Virus record (IMG/VR): IMGVR_UViG_3300036791_000540
Strand: one strand, 5' to 3'
DNA length: 20,000 nucleotides
From: an uncultured virus (IMG/VR IMGVR_UViG_3300036791_000540)
Taxonomy: Duplodnaviria; Heunggongvirae; Uroviricota; Caudoviricetes
The translations under genes were made by a program, and so were the position numbers. The notes under the pieces are model-generated. The model did not search any database and was not told where the DNA came from. It saw nothing but the letters and a program-made list of their open reading frames with translations. Within the stretch, counting starts at the first letter, position 1, and every line of letters starts with the position of its first letter. Shown here in pieces: positions 16,333 to 20,000 of this stretch.

Positions 16333-16776
16333 ATGAACGATACCAATAGCAAAGCAGTAACGGGCGAAGGCAGTGCGCTTCGCGACTCATTCAAACTCGG
16401 AGCTGTCTACCTGCTGGTTCGCGACGTGAAAAATCCGACGCCAGATCGACGCCAAAAATACGACTGGACGGCTCAGACCAACTGGCTCGCGGGAACACGT
16501 TTCAGGATCGTCACCGAGCATATCTACGAAGGGGTGAAGCTGCTCGCGATCACCACGGGCAAATACGATCACCACAGGATTCTGCTCCGCAAAGCTCCGG
16601 CTGAGCTTTTGGCGGCACTAGAAGAAACCACGCCGAGTCTGCATGAATCACTCAGGCTGCGTGGTCTGCACCACTACAAGGACGAGGCGCTCGACAACTT
16701 AGTCTCAAGCGGGATCGTGACTGTGGAGCAGGTAATCAACGCGGCCCAGTCAGCCGCAGACGAGGAGACGGTGTAA
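16333..16776 (+). CDS. Hypothetical protein, 147 aa
   Basis: Start reassigned to ATG 16333 (MNDTNSK), after repeat 6. Confidence 0.7.
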   Translation: MNDTNSKAVTGEGSALRDSFKLGAVYLLVRDVKNPTPDRRQKYDWTAQTNWLAGTRFRIVTEHIYEGVKLLAITTGKYDHHRILLRKAPAELLAALEETTPSLHESLRLRGLHHYKDEALDNLVSSGIVTVEQVINAAQSAADEETV

Positions 16777-16777
16777 T

Positions 16778-16999
16778 ATGAACCACAGATCAACCGACGA
16801 AATCTACGACGAACTCGAAGCCATCAAAGAAGCACTGGCCTTGTCGCTCAAGGTCAGCCTCCAGCTGAAAATGAGAACGCCCAACGAGCCGTATCTTGTT
16901 GCTCAGCGCCGCAAGCTGCGGGCCAAGATCAAAGCACTCCGCGCTGAGTGGGACGAAGCCTACGCCGCGCGAACCAAGAAGATTCTGGAGGCCAGATGA
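16778..16999 (+). CDS. Small coiled-coil protein, 73 aa
   Basis: Tight packing; heptad-like, charged sequence. Confidence 0.7.
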   Translation: MNHRSTDEIYDELEAIKEALALSLKVSLQLKMRTPNEPYLVAQRRKLRAKIKALRAEWDEAYAARTKKILEAR

Positions 17000-17595
17000 A
17001 CATCAGGACATCACAGGAAGGCAAACGCGGCTGCGGTTATCGCGCAGAGGGCGGCCTGTATCTGGTCAGCTCTGGGCCGGGCCGCTATTGCGGTGCTCTG
17101 CCAATTGAGCTGTCGGTCTGCCCGACCTGCCACGCAGGAATCAAACCGTCCCGGGGCTGGACTTGGATCGATCTATCGGCGCTTGCGGCTGTTCGCGGCT
17201 GCAATCGTGATGGCGGCTGCGGCGATTGCCCCATCGCCGATGCCAAGATCCAGCGGTGCGGTTTGATCTGGGTAGGCGAGAAATTTTACCGGACACCGAA
17301 AGAATTCTCTGATGAGGCCAACAGGATGGGCGTATCGCGCCGTATTTCGGCTGTGCCGCGAGATTTCAAGCTCGGCGAGACTTGGGTAGCCCTCGCGCAT
17401 CGGCACGCGATAGAGGGAGAATTTAAGCTCGAGGACAAGCCGACCTATAAGTCGGCCATCTTTCATGTGTTCAAGCCACAGGCAATCGAATACGTGGTCA
17501 AGCGCGGTGACAGCACCGAGAAACTGGAATCACTGGAAAAGCGGGGGATCTCGCTCGTGAAAGTGGTTCGCGAACAGGAGCCAGCGCTTATATGA
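16996..17595 (+). CDS. Cys-rich hypothetical phage protein, 199 aa
   Basis: ATGA overlap with GGAGG upstream; KRGCGYR..GGLYL, CPTC, C....C..C, LIWVG.KFY..P..F..EA..MGVSRRI. Confidence 0.8.
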   Translation: MNIRTSQEGKRGCGYRAEGGLYLVSSGPGRYCGALPIELSVCPTCHAGIKPSRGWTWIDLSALAAVRGCNRDGGCGDCPIADAKIQRCGLIWVGEKFYRTPKEFSDEANRMGVSRRISAVPRDFKLGETWVALAHRHAIEGEFKLEDKPTYKSAIFHVFKPQAIEYVVKRGDSTEKLESLEKRGISLVKVVREQEPALI

Positions 17596-17798
17596 AATAC
17601 AAAACTCTGCCTCTCTGGAAACGCTGCCAGTATTGTGGCCGGACTTTCAAGCGTCTCGACGTCCATCAACGAAAGCATCGGCTCCATGTTTGGGCTGAAT
17701 TCGCGAACAATCCGCTGGTGCAGTTTTGCGTTTACGGGCACTACATCGGCTTTGTTCAACTGCAACTGCAAGATTCCAAATCAGGCCCGGCCAGATGA
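17592..17798 (+). CDS. Small C2H2 zinc-finger-like protein, 68 aa
   Basis: CQYCGRTFKRLDVHQRKH; ATGA overlaps at both ends. Confidence 0.65.
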   Translation: MKYKTLPLWKRCQYCGRTFKRLDVHQRKHRLHVWAEFANNPLVQFCVYGHYIGFVQLQLQDSKSGPAR

Positions 17799-18088
17799 AA
17801 TTGACCAAGAAAGCAAAGCGCTGGATTCGTGAGATCGAGGCCAAAGGGTTCGAGGTCAGATTCGTCAAATGGTGCGAAGACCATGAGACGCCCGGCTTGC
17901 TCGGGATGTTCGCTGGCGTAACCCTGCACAAGGAGAAAGTGGTCAAGATCAAAACGCGGCGGATGAGCCCACAACAGATCGAGGCAGCGCTGTCGCACGA
18001 GCTGGAGCACGTTAACGGTGCGGATCGTGGAACCGATCATCCCCACCTCGGACTGAAATGCGGCGGCACTCTGAAAAGTTTTCTTTGA
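17795..18088 (+). CDS. Small zincin-like (HExxH) metallopeptidase-like protein, 97 aa
   Basis: ATG 17795; G.T......VKI....SPQQIEAALSHELEH resembles the ImmA/IrrE-type zincin layout. Confidence 0.6.
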   Translation: MKLTKKAKRWIREIEAKGFEVRFVKWCEDHETPGLLGMFAGVTLHKEKVVKIKTRRMSPQQIEAALSHELEHVNGADRGTDHPHLGLKCGGTLKSFL

Positions 18089-18091
18089 CAG

Positions 18092-18120
18092 TTGACAGCA
18101 TCTGTCCACTAACGTATACA
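18092..18120 (+). promoter_or_regulatory. Sigma70-like promoter overlapped by the dyad (repeat copy 7)
   Basis: TTGACA-17 nt-TATACA, then ATG 6 nt later (18127); contains GACAG-CAT-CTGTC. Confidence 0.65.
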
Positions 18121-18126
18121 CGTTTA

Positions 18127-18255
18127 ATGAACGATAATCCCGAAGTGATTTGCAATCCGTGGGACGATCCATCGTGCGATCATCCCAATCACGAAGACGC
18201 GTGCATGGAATGCGACCAAAACCCTTGCCGGTGCCGCCCAGAGGACAAACCATGA
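18127..18255 (+). CDS. Tiny Cys/Asp-rich protein, 42 aa
   Basis: MNDNPEVICNPWDDPSCDHPNHEDACMECDQNPCRCRPEDKP; ATGA overlap with the next gene. Confidence 0.55.
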   Translation: MNDNPEVICNPWDDPSCDHPNHEDACMECDQNPCRCRPEDKP

Positions 18256-18455
18256 GACGAAAAATCCCGATCAAAGAAATCTACCTGTGCGGCCAGCTAG
18301 CAGGAATGGTTCGCGAACTCGATATCGCGGAACTGGAAAAGTATCTAGACAGCAACCCGCCCAATTTTAACTACACGCACTGGTGCAGGGCAGCCGTAGC
18401 CTTCGCCAAAGCCGTCACCACAACAAACAACCAACAAACAACAAATGGAAAATAA
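18252..18455 (+). CDS. Hypothetical protein, 67 aa
   Basis: ATG 18252 (MRRKIPIKEIYLCG) with GAGGA upstream. Confidence 0.6.
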   Translation: MRRKIPIKEIYLCGQLAGMVRELDIAELEKYLDSNPPNFNYTHWCRAAVAFAKAVTTTNNQQTTNGK

Positions 18456-18960
18456 CGAAACAAACGAGCCTGACATTATTACCGGGGATGTCACCTATAC
18501 GCCGCCAGAGAACCAATGCCCTACCTGCATGAAAACCTTCGATAGCCCGCAGGCGCTGCGGATGCACGTTGTGCGGGTTCATACCGAAGCTGGTCGCAAG
18601 GGCGCAACCGGCAGAGCCAGATCGCGCAGCGAAGAAGAGCGCCTTGCTAATCGCCGCGATTACCAGATGCGCCTTCGGCAACGTTACTACAAGGAAGGCA
18701 AAAACAGCAAGGGCGAGCAGATGCCTCCCGGCTGGAAACCGCTCAAACGACGAAAGCCCACTAGAACTGTCACTACCTACAAAACCAGCAACGCAGAGCG
18801 GGACTACGCTCGCAAATGGTATCACAAGAAACGGGCCGCAAAGAAAGCTGCGGCTGCGGAACAGACGCAAGCTATCCCGCAGGGTGTCACCTTCTGCCCC
18901 AGATGCGGCTGTAATATCGCTGTGGTAGCCAAAGCAATCGCATTCGCTGATCGCCAATGA
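18445..18960 (+). CDS. Basic C2H2 zinc-finger protein, 171 aa
   Basis: CPTCMKTFDSPQALRMHVVRVH is a canonical C2H2 finger; C-terminal FCPRCG. Confidence 0.8.
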   Translation: MENNETNEPDIITGDVTYTPPENQCPTCMKTFDSPQALRMHVVRVHTEAGRKGATGRARSRSEEERLANRRDYQMRLRQRYYKEGKNSKGEQMPPGWKPLKRRKPTRTVTTYKTSNAERDYARKWYHKKRAAKKAAAAEQTQAIPQGVTFCPRCGCNIAVVAKAIAFADRQ

Positions 18961-19247
18961 AACAGACTTTCATGGAGGCCACAAAAAGGGCCAAGCCGCG
19001 CAGGGTAGATTTCGAGCTTTACAAAGACGATTTTGAAGCCGCTCTGTTAGGCAGCTTAGGATTCAGCACACGCTACATCCAGAGCAAGACCAAGCTAACT
19101 AATGGTAAGATCACATATCGCCTAAAGAAAGCATCGGTGAAACGGATGGAATACCGCAACGGCCAGAGCGATATCGCCAAGCTTGTTCTGCGCAATCTGC
19201 GGCCAACCGTGGAACGGGAGTTGCACCATTACTTGAAGGAGTTATAG
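18957..19247 (+). CDS. Small basic protein, possible HTH DNA-binding, 96 aa
   Basis: LGFSTRYIQSKTKLTNGKITYRLKK is HTH-like; ATGA overlap. Confidence 0.6.
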   Translation: MKQTFMEATKRAKPRRVDFELYKDDFEAALLGSLGFSTRYIQSKTKLTNGKITYRLKKASVKRMEYRNGQSDIAKLVLRNLRPTVERELHHYLKEL

Positions 19248-19249
19248 CG

Positions 19250-19651
19250 ATGGACGCACAAGCTCAACTGCGTGAAAGGCAGCGTAAAAGTGAGCGCAAG
19301 TGGTACGAAACCCATCGTAAAGAAAAGTGCGAACGCACACGCCTTTACCACAAAGCTCATCCTGAACAGGCCCGTGAATCTGCGCGCAATTACCGTGAGA
19401 GAAATCACGAACAGGTGCGCGAGCGTGACCGCAATTACAAAAAGGCCAATCCTGAAAAACAAAAAGCGCATCATGCTCTTAACAATGCGATTCGAGCAGG
19501 CAAGATCGTTCGGCAACCTTGCGTTATCTGCGGGAACCCGAAATCGCATGGGCATCACCCAGATTACTCGCGACCGCTTGTTGTTATTTGGCTGTGCGCC
19601 GTCTGCCACAAACTGTTACACAAACTGCTAAAGAAAGAGGAAGAGGATTAA
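19250..19651 (+). CDS. HNH-like/His-Me finger protein with a charged helical N-terminus, 133 aa
   Basis: PCVICG....HGHHPDYSRPL.V.WLC..CH..LH. Confidence 0.8.
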   Translation: MDAQAQLRERQRKSERKWYETHRKEKCERTRLYHKAHPEQARESARNYRERNHEQVRERDRNYKKANPEKQKAHHALNNAIRAGKIVRQPCVICGNPKSHGHHPDYSRPLVVIWLCAVCHKLLHKLLKKEEED

Positions 19652-19653
19652 TC

Positions 19654-19878
19654 ATGGATGCACAAGGGCTTTGGGAACTCACTGCTTTGAACGCACTTGA
19701 ACAGGCGGTGCAGGCCAATTGCATATTGGCTCAAACTATCGACGCAGCGGTCAGCGTCGGTAAACCTCTCGACGTGCTGGAACTTCTCGCGTTGATCCGC
19801 GAAACTCAGCAACGGCTGGCGCGCGATGTTCGGCAACTACGCAAGATCACGCAGCAACGCGAGAAGGAGCAGCTATGA
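19654..19878 (+). CDS. Hypothetical helical protein, 74 aa
   Basis: ATG 19654 (MDAQGLWEL) after GAGGA. Confidence 0.65.
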   Translation: MDAQGLWELTALNALEQAVQANCILAQTIDAAVSVGKPLDVLELLALIRETQQRLARDVRQLRKITQQREKEQL

Positions 19879-20000
19879 GCCACGAACCTTGCCATTTCTG
19901 CGAAGGGTTACTGGCGGACTTGCTCACGGCCAAACTGTTATTGCAAGAATGTCACGAACGAATAGGAGACACGGCCTTCCCTGCGCTTGCGGCACGAATA
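19875..20000 (+). CDS. Partial hypothetical protein
   Basis: ATGA overlap with AAGGAG upstream; MSHEPCHFCEGLL..., open to the window end. Confidence 0.6.
   Translation, partial: MSHEPCHFCEGLLADLLTAKLLLQECHERIGDTAFPALAARI

Noticed and set aside
9411..18120. Repeats read as a CRISPR array or integron attC sites
   Set aside because: The copies are degenerate and separated by 0.9-2 kb of genes; there is no cas or integrase gene here and no GTTRRRY/RYYYAAC-bounded long palindrome.
10298..18150. Track start positions 10298, 13879, 14202, 16222, 16948, 17726, 18058 and 18150
   Set aside because: They overlap upstream genes, hairpins or repeats; downstream ATGs fit the coupling and repeat spacing better.
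1..20000. tRNA, rRNA, integrase, transposase, reverse transcriptase, terminase or capsid genes
   Set aside because: No recognisable motifs by eye, so lifestyle and host cannot be determined from this window.

Overview
The window looks like part of a tailed dsDNA phage (or prophage) genome, probably podovirus-like, with three blocks. (1) 1-6800, minus strand: a virion/tail module. It holds a partial fibre-like gene, a 658-aa tail-tube/nozzle-like protein, a 669-aa protein made of two tandem homologous halves, and fibre-like proteins. (2) 6849-9329, minus strand: a PD-(D/E)xK-like nuclease, a G-tract non-coding segment (about 7300-7600) where strand composition inverts (candidate packaging end or origin), and a translationally coupled string of tiny ORFs including a DUF1737-like one. 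(3) 9449-20000, plus strand: an early-type region with a PAPS-reductase-family enzyme, a SAM methyltransferase, DUF932, an HExxH peptidase, an HNH-like protein and many Zn-finger proteins. The most striking feature is a dispersed element of about 29 bp, TTGAAC-N17/18-GTCTA, containing an ACAG-N3-CTGT dyad. It sits 10-13 nt upstream of six ATG starts that lack an SD sequence, and a seventh dyad-only copy lies inside a sigma70-like promoter. It looks like a composite ECF-type promoter/operator that divides the early region into cassettes. All product calls come from motif recognition by eye; no database search was run.
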